NCBI GenBank assembly: GCA_030248215.1
Contig: JASANG010003345.1
Coordinates: 248,001 to 312,000 of the forward strand
From: Enoplolaimus lenunculus
Lineage: Eukaryota
DNA: 64,000 bases
Direction: 5' to 3'
The position numbers and the translations under genes were made by a program. The notes under the pieces are model-generated. The model saw only the letters and a list, made by a program, of their open reading frames with translations, made no database searches and was not told the DNA's origin. Position 1 is the stretch's first letter; each line of letters starts with the position of its first letter. Positions 52,901 through 64,000 of the stretch are shown piece after piece.

Positions 52901-55900
52901 TTTAACGCCTCTGAAGATCCGAATGAATTAGAACATGCGGTTTTGGAGTATCCTTTACAGGTTTGCTTTTACGGCTCTGGCCTGTGTGAAGCATAGGGTT
53001 AAGACCTTCCTTAAGCTAATGCCTAGGCATAGGTTCAAGCCTGAACCAAGGGCTGAGCTTATGTCGTTGGCTAAGTATTAGCTTAATATTTGGTTTTGGT
53101 TCAAAGCCTTAGTTTACGCGTATAACAGTAAGTTTAAGATTTGGTATTGGTTGAGATGTAGGCGTAGCCCTAGGTATATGCTTACAAGCCTAAAAACGTT
53201 AAATTGTGCCGGTTGCGCTTTGGTAAAATTTGTAATATAATGTGGGCTGTCATTGTTTTTTCGGGTTCATATCGAAAATATTGTTAAGTATGATTTTTGC
53301 GGACTAAATTTGAGATTTTTGAGGTTAAGACACAAGTTTTTACTCAAACTCTAGTGCAACATCAATTGGTATCTACCGAAACTAATTAGTTATTTTTAGC
53401 AATTCCGGTTGCTACCATATCTTGCCTTCGCGTTTGTTCAGAAGTATTACACTGAAAAGTTTCACGATTTGTTCTACGAGTACAGTGTTCGCTTGGCGTC
53501 TAATGATAAAGGCAGTGACATGGTATGTTTACTTTAGATTTATTGTTTATTAATGGTTTGGTGTGAACAATGGAGACGCATGGTAGGTTGCTGGGCGATG
53601 CTTTACTACAATTATAACGATTCCGAATCTAGAACGTCTATCCGAATCTACCATTTGAGCCGAATGCGAAACATTTGGGCGTTTGTGGTTGAATTGTTTA
53701 TAGAAAGATTCTCGGCGAAGCGGTCGTTAAGACTTATCTATATGAGTCGTTAAAATTAAAAACTGTGTGTTCATAAAGCTAACGTATTAGAATAATTATA
53801 TAATTTGCTTTTTTGTTTAAGCTTAGCATTAGCGTATTATGTTTTTTCTTTTGGCTTTAATCAGTCACTGTTATGAAGTTCTCCAAAATTTTTGTTCAAT
53901 TTACTGTGGTAATAAAACGGAATATTTTCTAAAACGTTTTTTATTTATCATGAAGTTTTAGTCAGAGCTTAGTCGAGAAATTCACGCATTGTCATGTGTA
54001 ACAAAACCAGTCGCGTCGTGGACTGCTCAAAAAGCAATTCAAGAATCGCGAGAAGCCTGTGGCGGGCATGGTTACCTGAAAGGTAAGAAAAAATTAACGC
54101 TTTGTGCACTTGTTATGAATTTTAGTCGACGAGTGACAAAGTTCCAAATTGCTACTTTTTGACCACTTGTGTTAACTGTATGGTTAACAAAGAAATACTG
54201 AGTGTTTTAGTTAGCAATTTTGGCACATTGCGGTCCGACAACGACCCTGCGTGCACTTATGAAGGTGACAATAATGTTTTGCTGCAACAAACTTCAAATT
54301 ATTTGTTGGCGTGGTTGGATGAACCAGGTATTTAAACCCTAATGCATTATGTTGGTTTTGTTTTTGGTATTATTATTATTATTATTATTTGTTGTTTTGA
54401 TGATGTTGGGTCGAGGTTGAATGCAACAATTTACAGGTAGTTGGTTTCACTATAAATTGAACCCATTCGAGGTAAAAATGTTGTTTTACAAAATGACAAT
54501 CTCAACTCATTATGTTTTGTAAAACGAAACAGCAGTAGCAAGAAAAGAAAATTGTTGAAATACATAAAACATTGTGACATATTGTAAAAGCTAAAACTCA
54601 TTTTGGTCATAGTTACTAACCGCACCTGGGGCTATGAAGATTAGTTAAATTTAATAGAAACAACTTTAATTCTAGTTTGTTTCCCTTTATAAGTACTCCA
54701 GTATTATAATACTATGCGTAGTTGTATATTTTGGTTTTAGAACCGTCGCGGACTTCTCCATTAAAGTCTGTTGATTTTCTTCAGCATATGACACGGATTC
54801 TTCAGAATAATTATGCTCAGTGTAAAAACGGTTCTATAATGAATGGTAAGGCGTCATGAGGTTTATGCAAACGTTCAGTTTTTAAGAAAATTTATGTGAT
54901 GTACATGCATCACACAAATAAAGCGGCGAGTATAGCGATATTGATAGTAGTATTTGTGATCGAGATTAAATGCGAAACCTGCTAAATGTCAAAACTAGTC
55001 GTTCATTGGTCTGAATGTTACGAAATCGGTCACCAACAGGTAATATATGCTACAAACATTAAAGAATGCGTGTTTTGTGAAACGCAATTTTGAAGTGGTT
55101 AATTTTGTTTTGCTAATTATCTACATATTTTTTTGGTTTGATGTTTTTAGTATGCATTGATGCTTACAACTGGCTTGTTTGCTACCTCTTGAAGCAGTCA
55201 TCGGATCGAATTCGCACGCTATTACAATCTGGGTGTAATGTTTTTGAAGCAAAAAATCGGTCTCAAGTGTATTTATGCCATACGCTGTCTATTGCGTTCT
55301 ACGAGGTAACACGATAGTATGCCGCATACGTAGTTAAATGCAACGTTTCTTGGTAGCAATCGCTAACACGCGATTTGCACAGCTCCTGGCGTTTACTGCT
55401 TGCATTCATTTTATAACTTTTGGTGCTTTCTACTTGTTTGACAGCAATGACCACCTTAGGGGCACTTGACTTGGTTGCTTGGCGTGTGGTTTTGAGGAAA
55501 ATGTTTTTGAGAAATTTACCGGCAAGTGTTTTCAGCGAACACTTATCAATTCTTTCAAACAACTGATTGAAGATGTAAACACTCCGTCAGACTTAAAACC
55601 GATTTTGACCAAGCTTGCCTGTGTAATGGCTGCGTGGTGCGTGGACAAACACATGGCAACGTTTTATATTGGTAAGTCCAAGCAATGTTTAGTATTTTTA
55701 TTTTATTTAAATCCCTTACATTTTGGGTTCTTGTGTTTTCTTTTGAGAAATTTTAAACTGAGTTTGGTTGTACTGCAGGTGGTAATATGCTTTCAGTTAC
55801 ATTTTATATACTACTAATTTCTCGTTTCACATTGATAATCAAACGATATTTGCGCTCCTTGTATAATTAAAGTTCGGCTGCACGCCTGATCGTGGAATTA

Positions 55901-57127
55901 AACCCGATCAACCAGTTAGTCTAACAGCAGTTAAGCTTGGAAAGACTAAACCTAATTTTATTAAGTAGCACCTGCACAAGTGTTCATATTCTCAACGCTA
56001 CTTAATAATATGTCTTCTGTATAGCTTTGGAATCAGTGAATAACAAGATTAAAAAGACGATGAAATAAAATGTACGTGGTAACATTTAAAGCAGCTACTA
56101 GAATGATACGTTTTGTTTCAGGACGTTTTTGTAACGAACCTGAATTTGGAACCCGGATTAGAACCGCAATCCTTGACGGTTGTGCCCAGCTGAAAGATGA
56201 AGCCATTGCGTTGGTTGATGTTATCGCCCCAACTGATTTCATTCTCAATTCGGCGCTCGGGAAAGCAGACGGGAACGTGAGTTGTCGTTAGGAACCGTAT
56301 TCTAAAATAGCAATGGGACCTGTCGCTATTTTGGAATATATTTTGAAATAAATATACTAATACATCTGTAAACGAGAAATTTTTTTACACAGATGTACTG
56401 TCACCAACAGAATTAATGCAATTGAGTAGACGCGACTGGTTGTGAGCAAAGTAAAATTGAAACGTGATTATCCAATCACGACATCCCGATATTGACTACT
56501 GCACGTTTAATTTTTTTTCTTGACTGTATGGCACCTTGAAAAATCTTGCTTAACTTACTTTATGTTTGATTCAGTAATTCAAACATTACAAATTAACGCC
56601 AGCTGCAAATAGGTGCCATACACAGTTGAGAACACGAACCTAGGAATGAGGCTTTTCGTCTAGGTGGCAGTCTGACATCAGTTTCAATGTCAGCTTGGTT
56701 TTGAGCAAAGGCCTTTCTGCTCTCATGGTGTATATTTTTGATGTATTTGATTGTTTTAGCTTACAAAGTGCTAGGCTTTTGATGTTATGCTGTGCTGCAA
56801 ATGCTTAGTTCAAAATACGTTTATTAGCAAAATGTTAAACGTGATTGCAAAGTTGCTGACGCAAATGTAGTAAATGTAGTCACAGATTCGGTGTAACCTG
56901 GTTAAATTTATACATAAAAATGGTTAAACAATCACATCATAAACCATGACATTTTAGAGTATATCTTCGAGCCTAAATAATCCGATACAAGAAATTTGTT
57001 GCTATTTTAGATATATCCAAACCTTTGGAATGCGATATTGCAAACACCGGGTGCTATTGGACGCCCTTCGTGGTGGAATGATTTCGCGTCAAAACCTAAC
57101 ATAGGTTCGATATCATCAAAACTGTGA
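47233..57127 (+). CDS. acox-3: Peroxisomal acyl-CoA oxidase 3 (pristanoyl-CoA oxidase type), 695 aa, ending in the PTS1 signal SKL
   Basis: 16 phase-consistent GT-AG exons: 47233-47352, 47773-47907, 49911-50006, 50355-50429, 50750-50839, 51399-51652, 52445-52541, 52769-52960, 53400-53522, 53962-54082, 54211-54327, 54741-54845, 55151-55305, 55536-55671, 56122-56276, 57011-57127. Motifs: [89 protein letters not shown] and C-terminal SKL*. Confidence 0.95.
48293..48984 (-). mobile_element. Penelope-like element fragment encoding linker plus GIY-YIG endonuclease (left arm of a palindrome); no reverse transcriptase
   Basis: ORF with [40 protein letters not shown] ... SAIADH..NTGH ... [14 protein letters not shown], the CCHH-containing GIY-YIG domain typical of Penelope/Poseidon elements. 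It runs into a (TA)n tract at 48293-48332. Confidence 0.85.
49118..49862 (+). mobile_element. Second Penelope-like GIY-YIG copy in inverted orientation (right arm), frameshifted near 49500
   Basis: Reverse complement of the left arm. It is split into ORFs 49203-49574 and 49499-49777 by a 1-bp loss in the T-run (cattgtttaaacg versus catttttttaaacg). Confidence 0.85.
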
Positions 57128-58649
57128 TTTCCAATACATTTGTGCAAATCATTTCTTTCTTTTTGAACTTTTATGCTCAAGGGGGGATTATGGATTCCTC
57201 AGGTTTTTTGAAGTAATGTTCATCACTTAGGTGTTCTGTGTTACACAGTCACCCTACTATACGATTTGGCTGAAGTCCCACTTCGATCGCACCAGCCAAT
57301 AATTGGCTATTTTTGTAGTGCTCTTGTTTTGCTAAAATATTTCGGTTTGAATAAGCGGTTTAATACTTAGTATCAAAAGTTTCACCATTATATAGAACAG
57401 GTCTCGAACGAAGTTGCAGATTAGTTGGCTGCCTTGATGCATGAATTCCATCCACGCTTAAAGCTTGAAGCATTGAGATTTTGTTCGGATCATCAATCAA
57501 AATTTTGATTAACGTTAATTGTAATTGGTTTCACTTGTGCCTCGCAGTCATATTATTCAGAATTGAATTTGTTTTTTCGCGGAAAGCATATCACTATAGA
57601 AAAAACGCGTTTCTTAAGGATTTGTAACAGCAGCGATTATTTTTTGGCGTGTGGCTATATGAGTGGAATAAATTCAACCAAATATTTGATGTGGTTCAAT
57701 AATACTAGCAGATAATTATAATGTTTGGACAATTGAAGATTGGTACAGGACAGTCGCCCTGTATTAATTATATAGGAACTTCCCACTATGTGTAAGGCGG
57801 CTACGCATAATCACACGTTTCCTGTTCTATAAATTTCCCAGTTGTCAGTTACCATACACTTTTCATGCAGCTTAAAAATTTTATAACGTTGTACTTTATA
57901 TTTATAATCAATTATTGTTTGAATTTTCACTTCAATAATTATATGATTTTTATTAAATTTGAGGTTTGGGAGTTATGCTGCGAATGAGCATATAGAAATT
58001 TTCAATTAAATTCAACGTGTTTGAGTCGATGGTATTGTTTCGTAAAATTTGATTTCGGACTATAAAAATTATTTTACCCTTGAAGCATTAAGCATATAGG
58101 GCAAAACCGGAGTTGAAAAACACACTGAGGCAGAGATCAGCAAGTTTTGGCGAACCGAAATACGCAATAAAGTGGTGTTCATTTGCTTTACCGCTAAAGC
58201 TGCTAAAATGTCAAAAATCGGTTTTTAAAGTTCCTTTTTGCTAAACAAGGTGGTCAGTGGTATCCTAAACCAAAACTTACAACGGCCCATGTTGAAGGGG
58301 CGAATCATTTTTTCGCCGGACATGTGACTCCTTTTTGCTTGCGCTCAGACATAAGCTTTGTTATAGGCTCATCCATTACGTTGAGACTGAAAGTCTGAAT
58401 GAAACGACTTGCACAAAAAAATTTCACAAAGAAAATTGCCGGAACCTGCCGGAAAAATTCTATACGAGCCAAAGGTCGATTTTCTGCTGGAACCGACAAC
58501 AAACCCTTAGTGTACTCTGGAAGACACCAGTACGGGCACACACGCGTTTTGCCACACCTCCTTTGCGCACGCGTCAATTGCCGCGGAACCTCCATGACGT
58601 CACAAGATACTGTATATACGAGCTCGGAAACTGTTAACAATTAATACAC

Positions 58650-58825
58650 GGGTCAATGTTACTTTAAGGGGCGTAACAGTAGATTAAGCTATTCCTAAGC
58701 CTAAGCCTAAGCGTTGCAAAAATAAGTTCCTAAGCCTAAGCCTAAGCAAAAAATGCAATCTAGAACCTGAACCGCCTTTTATGGACCCACCAGAAACCTG
58801 GACGCCCCTTAAAGTAACATGGGCC
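58650..58825. mobile_element. GCCTAA-carrying MITE (related subfamily)
   Basis: TIRs ggtcaatgttactttaaggggcg / cgccccttaaagtaacatgggcc around cctaagcctaagcctaag. Another copy starts near 63886 and runs off the window end. Confidence 0.75.
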
Positions 58826-59478
58826 AATATACGTATATGTAGGTAAGGTAGAAAATCTTTGCAAGACGCGAAAACCTCCCTTTAGCTCGAGCGCCATGTG
58901 TCAAGTTTGTACACCTGAGCTGTGATAATAAACACCTCCCACCCGTGATACCTGTGTTCGAATCTCAGTTTAAAAACAAGTTTGTGCAAAAGTAGAGAAT
59001 ATTGCAAGAAAAGGACGTCATATCTTTACATTGTTAACCCCTGCTCAAAATTGTAGTGCATTAGAGTTCAGTTTTTCTGGAAATATGAATCGATCGGAAA
59101 AAATGTTTTCCCGTTTTTCCTGAAAATACGGAAAAATTGAAAATGATATACCAATGCTTCCGCAAACGCAAAAACGTTGATGGATGATTTGTCTATTGAA
59201 TAAATGACATTACAAGGATCAAATTACAATTTTATTAAGTATCAACATTTGATAACGCATGACTATAAAGCATACTGCACACACTACAGAGCTGTCATAT
59301 ATACCTAAAAAATTTATATGCCAGCTAAGGTGGCTGCAAACTTGCGGGGTTGAGTCCGGCAAAAAATCTGCAAACAGGATTTGCAGTTTTATTGATATAT
59401 AAAAATGAAATTAATCATAAGTTAGGTTCCGTACTCAACGCTGCATTTATCTGCAATAAATGCTGCATTAAAAAGAAA

Positions 59479-60358
59479 GGCCCATAAAGATCAGGGGCGC
59501 AACGTTTTTCTGTGGGACTGCAATAGAATAAGCTTAACCCTTTCTCACATGAATATTTTCTATTTACCCTGAGACCTACTTTTATGCTAGGATTCGAACT
59601 GCAGTGACTGGAGTGGGAGGCGTATGCCATCACCACTCAGCTAAAGGAGCTTGAAGCTCGAGCCTGACGGGGCTCTCACGTCTTGTGGTGATTTAGTACT
59701 ATGTATACGTGTTGCAATTGTTAAATACGGTGCGATATATATTATTTAACGTATATACACTGCTCTGAGTTGCCTATGTGAGAAGGGGTTATAGATAGTA
59801 AACTGAAAATTTTTCGCTTAACCCTTTCTCACATGAATATTTTCTATTTCCCCTGAGACCTACTTTTATGCTAGGATTCGAACTCCAGTGACTGGAGTGG
59901 GAGGCGCACACCATAACCACTAGGGGTTATAGATAGTAAACTGAAAATTTTTCGCTTAACCCTTTCTCACATGAATAGTTTCCATTTCCCCTGAGACCTA
60001 CTTTTATGCTATGATTCGAACTCCAGTGACTGAAGTGGGAGGCGTATACCATCACCACTCAGCTATAGGAGCTTGACGCTTGAGCCCAAGGGGGCTCTCA
60101 CGTCTTGTGGTGGTTTAGTACTATGTATACATGTTGTAATGGTTAAACACGGTGCGATATATATTATTTACCGTATATACACTGCGCTCAGTTGCCTATA
60201 GGCAACTCAATGTGAGAAGGGGTTAAGCTTTAGACTGATTTTTGCTTGGCTTAGACTTAGGCTAAGGCTTAGGCTTAGAAATATGCTCATCTTTCTGCTT
60301 AGGCTTTGGTTTAGGAATTTGCTTATAATACTGTTCTGCCCTGTTCTATACATTGACC
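59479..60358. mobile_element. TTAGGC-carrying MITE with a nested piggyBac-like insertion
   Basis: Ends ggcccataaagatcagggg and ccctgttctatacattgacc. The body is interrupted at a TTAA site (59534-59537 and 60223-60226). Confidence 0.75.
59538..60222. mobile_element. piggyBac-like MITE, partially tandemly triplicated, containing a minus-strand tRNA-type Pol III promoter
   Basis: TTAA|CCCTTTCTCACAT...ATGTGAGAAGGGG|TTAA. Units start near 59538, 59822 and 59960. Each has a minus-strand A-box-like (tagctg)agtgg and a B-box-like agttcgaatcc/a. Confidence 0.75.
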
Positions 60359-60864
60359 AAGAGGAACATAAAAATCGTAAAAATAGATACATCGATCCCT
60401 TTAAGATTAAAGAAATATATTAGTAGCAGGGATGCAACTGGTATTCCGGTTTGATTAAAAAACCGTTTGTATAACATACTTTTTAGGACCGTAGGACTGC
60501 TGGGGAGATAGAAGACACAACTCTACTCACCCTGCGTCCGCCCCTGAGGAGTCGCCGTAACTTTAGTACGTGACAAAAATCAATTTCTCACGGTTTCCCC
60601 GATGTTTTGTCACTGTTTTGCGAGTGATTTACTGAGATTATAAATAAAAGTTTTTGCCTTTTTTTTCGTTTTTCCACCCCCTCGGAAAAAACTTAAAAAA
60701 ACCGTTTTTTCCGCTGATTTTTTCCGGTGCCCAACCCTGTAACGCATTAAATATTGTGCATTGTGGTGCATTGATTACAAGTGTGCAGTTAGCAATTAGT
60801 TGCTCATAGCACTCTCTTAAATTGAAATGGTTAAATGCATGTGCGTTAGAATTGAAGAGTCATG

Positions 60865-63598
60865 CTATACTTTACGCGTAAGAAATTCAGATTGTCGCTC
60901 GTCCGGTATTGGGACATCACAATGATAATAATGATAATGTTGTTCTTTGCTCCGAGTTGTGTTTCCATTGTTACCCGAATTCGACTTTCCGGTATGCAGT
61001 GCCCATTTTGCAAGCGGAACGATTACTTTACGTACAATCATTAACACTACTATTGCAATTATGACATATAGTAATATTTCAATGATAATAGCAACTGCGT
61101 CGGATACAGAATTAACCCCGTTAAACCAATTTTTAGGATTAAATTTGCTTAGGAACCAAGAAAATCCACTTGTCGCCGGAATGTTTTCGTTGCACCCATG
61201 ACATGTTCCAACGTTTTCGACAAACTTATGTTTGAGTTGAAACCAAACTAGTGGTTCGGAGACATAGCTGGATAATTTGCATAGCTTATGCTCGGGTTTA
61301 CGAGCAGGATGGATACAGACTAGCCTAGAAGAGCTAATATGGCTTGGTAGTGGTAATATTTCGGTATAGTTTGCGGCAAACGGTAAATTAGTAGAAACAC
61401 TAAGCACAACGTCAATATTTTTCAAATTCGGTGGATTTTGAAACACTTGGATCAGAAAAGCGCCGTAGGATTGGATTAAGGTAATGTTTAGGAATCGGTT
61501 TGAATGCCTATCGAGACGAATTGAGACGTAAAATTGTTGGACGTAACTTGCGGTTAAATGGCTGACAACGTTAATTTTTTGACGTAACGCGAGTTCAAAA
61601 TCAAGGACCGGAGCACTGCCTTGTTTATGGGATAGAACTAATGCAGTAGGTGCTATGGTGTTTGGAGATAGGGCGAGAGTTCTGATATACCTTGCATCTA
61701 AGGTCGCAACGTCGGAAGCTTCAAAATTTGGCAAATTATTAGGCTGAGACAAATTCGTTCCAGCTGATTTTAGACAATATACATGCGAGTCTAAATCATA
61801 GCTATCTAAGTAGCGTTGGTGCTTACAGTTGATAACTTTAGGCTGATGATGTTTAGATAGTTTTCCTTGGCCATTGCTCAGTTCCCATATGCCGTCTGAG
61901 GGGTGAGACGTGGAATGTGATGGATTATCAAATCGTAGGGCACCAAATCGATTTAAATTTGATTGTTGAATATCGTTCATTGGTGATAATTCTAGAAGCC
62001 GGAACATAGGCTGTTGGTGGCTTCCGGTTTCGGTCTCAGTTCCGGATGTATGCTCCGGATGCATTCGATATGCGTAAAGCTGCGATTGTAACCGATATAG
62101 TGCGTGACTCGCTTTTGCAAACACAAACATATCTGCAACGTTTTCGTAGCCGTTCAAATGTAAATAGTTGCCTTTGTACGGTAAAATTTGCCTGTTGTAA
62201 TGCCGAAATAACGCCCAACGGTCGCTCAGGTACGCATAGATTGTTATTGATACGTTTACTGATGGTATAGGGGGTCCAAGCTTAATAGATGTGTAGAGGC
62301 GATTGTCATAAGGTTCCACCCGGACCTGGCAACAAAGAGATGCCGAACCTTTGTGGGTAGGGCATCCAGTGCTCAGAGCGTTAGCGTGGTAAACGTTGTA
62401 GCATAGTTGACCTTTTTGTGGATTATTTGGATGACACGGTTGAGATTTATGCGCAGGGGTGCAGAAAGTGTCACCCCCTGGGCAATCACATTTACACTCA
62501 GATTGCAGCTGAGGTATGCCAAATTGATACCGGTCTCTGATTGGATATTGTTCGACGAACCGGTGATATTCAACGGCGTAAAATAGCGAATGGATTGGTG
62601 TGTTTTGAGGCTGTGGAAATGATTCTACAATTTGGTTAGTTAACTGTGATGACGTGTTCGTTGCGGCGGTTGGCGAATCACTTTCGAGATCGACCTGGAA
62701 CAGGATATATCATTGACACCAGTCCTCCTGATACCAATGCTCGAAGACTTAAATGGCACTAGTATTTTGATTAGTGCAATGCCGTCCGGCCGGGATGGTG
62801 TCCTCCAACACTGTGCCACATTATACATGAATTGCCGTACGACACCGGATAGCAGTGCAAACTAAATTATAATTAAAAACTTTAAACCCTTCCAGACCTC
62901 GTCAATAAATGGTCTTCTAACTATTTTTTTCTAACTAAACGTTCCCACGTTACGGATGTTAAAACTGTGTAAAATTTATATATACATACAAAAAGACAAA
63001 AACCTGCTCCAGTCTTCTGATGGCTCTTACAAAATCACTTTGCCTCGGTGGTATCGCCATGGGCCCGTGGCCATAGGGCACCCTGAGGGCTCAGCCCCCT
63101 AGAAAACGTTTACCCCTCATCTCTAAAAGTTTCACTCCCCGTTATATATAAGCTATTTATTACGAACGCGTGCACCTGCTGAAATGTTCTGGTGTTTCGC
63201 TTTGCATTTTGAGCTGGCTACGCGCCTGTGCACGATCCGGTATTCACTGAACGAACCATTCGAACTAGGAGACTAACCTGAAAACACGACCGATGACCCA
63301 GTTCCATACGCAGTTTCACGTTTGTTGTCAACCGTAAATTGTACGAATCGTTATCATGAAAATAATATTCGCCTTCAGTAATTTTTGGCACCAATCCATG
63401 ACAGGTTACGGGTGGTTTCAAAATTTTGCTCGAACCAACGGATGCAATTGGGGTCGTTGTTATTGTTGTTTCGATCGTTGGCTCAGTGCCAAACCTTCCT
63501 TGCGACCCGTCGAGATTTAGGCACTGTGCCAAGATGGACCAGTAAATCAGTCGCCAGAGTCTGGCTGGGTTTTTGTTTACGTTCCCGATTAATAGCAT
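60865..63598 (-). CDS. eff-1: EFF-1/AFF-1 (FF) family cell-cell fusogen (fusexin, class II fusion-protein fold), EFF-1-like; type I membrane protein of about 716 aa, two exons
   Basis: Exon 1 is 63278-63598 (ATG ... SCFQ|gttagt). The intron is 62695-63277. Exon 2 is 60865-62694 (ttccag|VDLES...), open and in frame with the 484-aa ORF. Recognisable FF motifs: YPIRDRYQFGIPQLQSECKCDC, LCCQVRVEPY..LYTSIKL..P, MNDIQQSNLNRFG, HQPKVINCKHQ, SIRLDRHSNRFLNIT, LPSHI...VCI, VGTCHGCN, FNPKNWFNGVNSVSDAVAIIIEILLYVIIAIVVLMIVRKVIVPL (TM helix). The 16-cysteine ectodomain pattern is present. eff-1 versus aff-1 orthology is judged from the juxtamembrane motif only. Confidence 0.88.
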
Positions 63599-64000
63599 CA
63601 CATATTGTGAAATTTGATTATTTTGAGTTATTTATTATAATTATTTTTTATAACGTTAAAATTAATTAATATTCTGAAATTTTATGTTTTTCTGAATTCC
63701 GCCTGTAACCAGGAGGTGAGGTTATACCGGGCACTGTCCCGCAGTTAAGTTGAAGAGCTAATATTTGAAAGTTGATGCTGAAAAAATATATTAAATTTTC
63801 GCAAAAACGGGGTTGGCACTCTAGTTTTGTCTGCGCGATATTTTTCAGCTATTTAGCTACAAATACACTGTATCAATCGCGGTCCGGCAAATGTTATTAT
63901 TAGGGGCGTAACAGTAAAGCGTATTCCTAAGCCTAAGCCTAAGCCTAAGCGTTGCAAAAATGTGTTCCTAAGCCTAAAGCCTAAGCATAAGCAAAAAATG

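Noticed and set aside
58284..58644. Three overlapping ORFs of 81-111 aa
   Set aside because: They have no recognisable domain, and the region begins with a GGCCCATGT MITE-type end, so it is probably transposon-derived.
60865..62694. Endogenous viral (phlebovirus-like) glycoprotein or retroelement env
   Set aside because: The motifs and Cys spacing match cellular EFF-1/AFF-1. The gene has a spliceosomal intron and no adjacent gag/pol or LTR.

Overview
AT-rich, intron-rich eukaryotic genomic DNA. It is almost certainly a nematode, judging from interstitial TTAGGC telomere-type repeats, TTTCAG acceptors and an EFF-1/AFF-1 family gene. I reconstructed four spliced protein-coding genes by hand. 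(1) An SNRK kinase on the minus strand: 5 exons found, 3' end not found in the window. (2) An ACK-family kinase of the SID-3/Ack-like (PR2) type, transcribed divergently from SNRK: 19 exons, about 1501 aa, one GC-AG intron. (3) Peroxisomal acyl-CoA oxidase 3: 16 exons, 695 aa, C-terminal SKL. (4) A two-exon EFF-1-like cell-cell fusogen (fusexin) of about 716 aa. The non-coding DNA is dense in mobile elements: a complete non-coding LTR retroelement (4-bp TSD, tRNA-Gln PBS, 3' LTR missing its promoter block), a palindromic pair of Penelope-type GIY-YIG endonuclease ORFs inside acox-3 intron 2, Helentron/DINE-1-like elements, hAT, Harbinger, piggyBac, CMC and Tc1-like MITEs, and tRNA-derived SINEs. 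Unexplained structures include a 1.4-kb array of a TTCAATTCC motif with non-repetitive spacers, an old inverted duplication bracketing acox-3 next to the fusogen's 3' end, and an orphan ORF. Family assignments rest on motifs recognised by eye; no database search was run.
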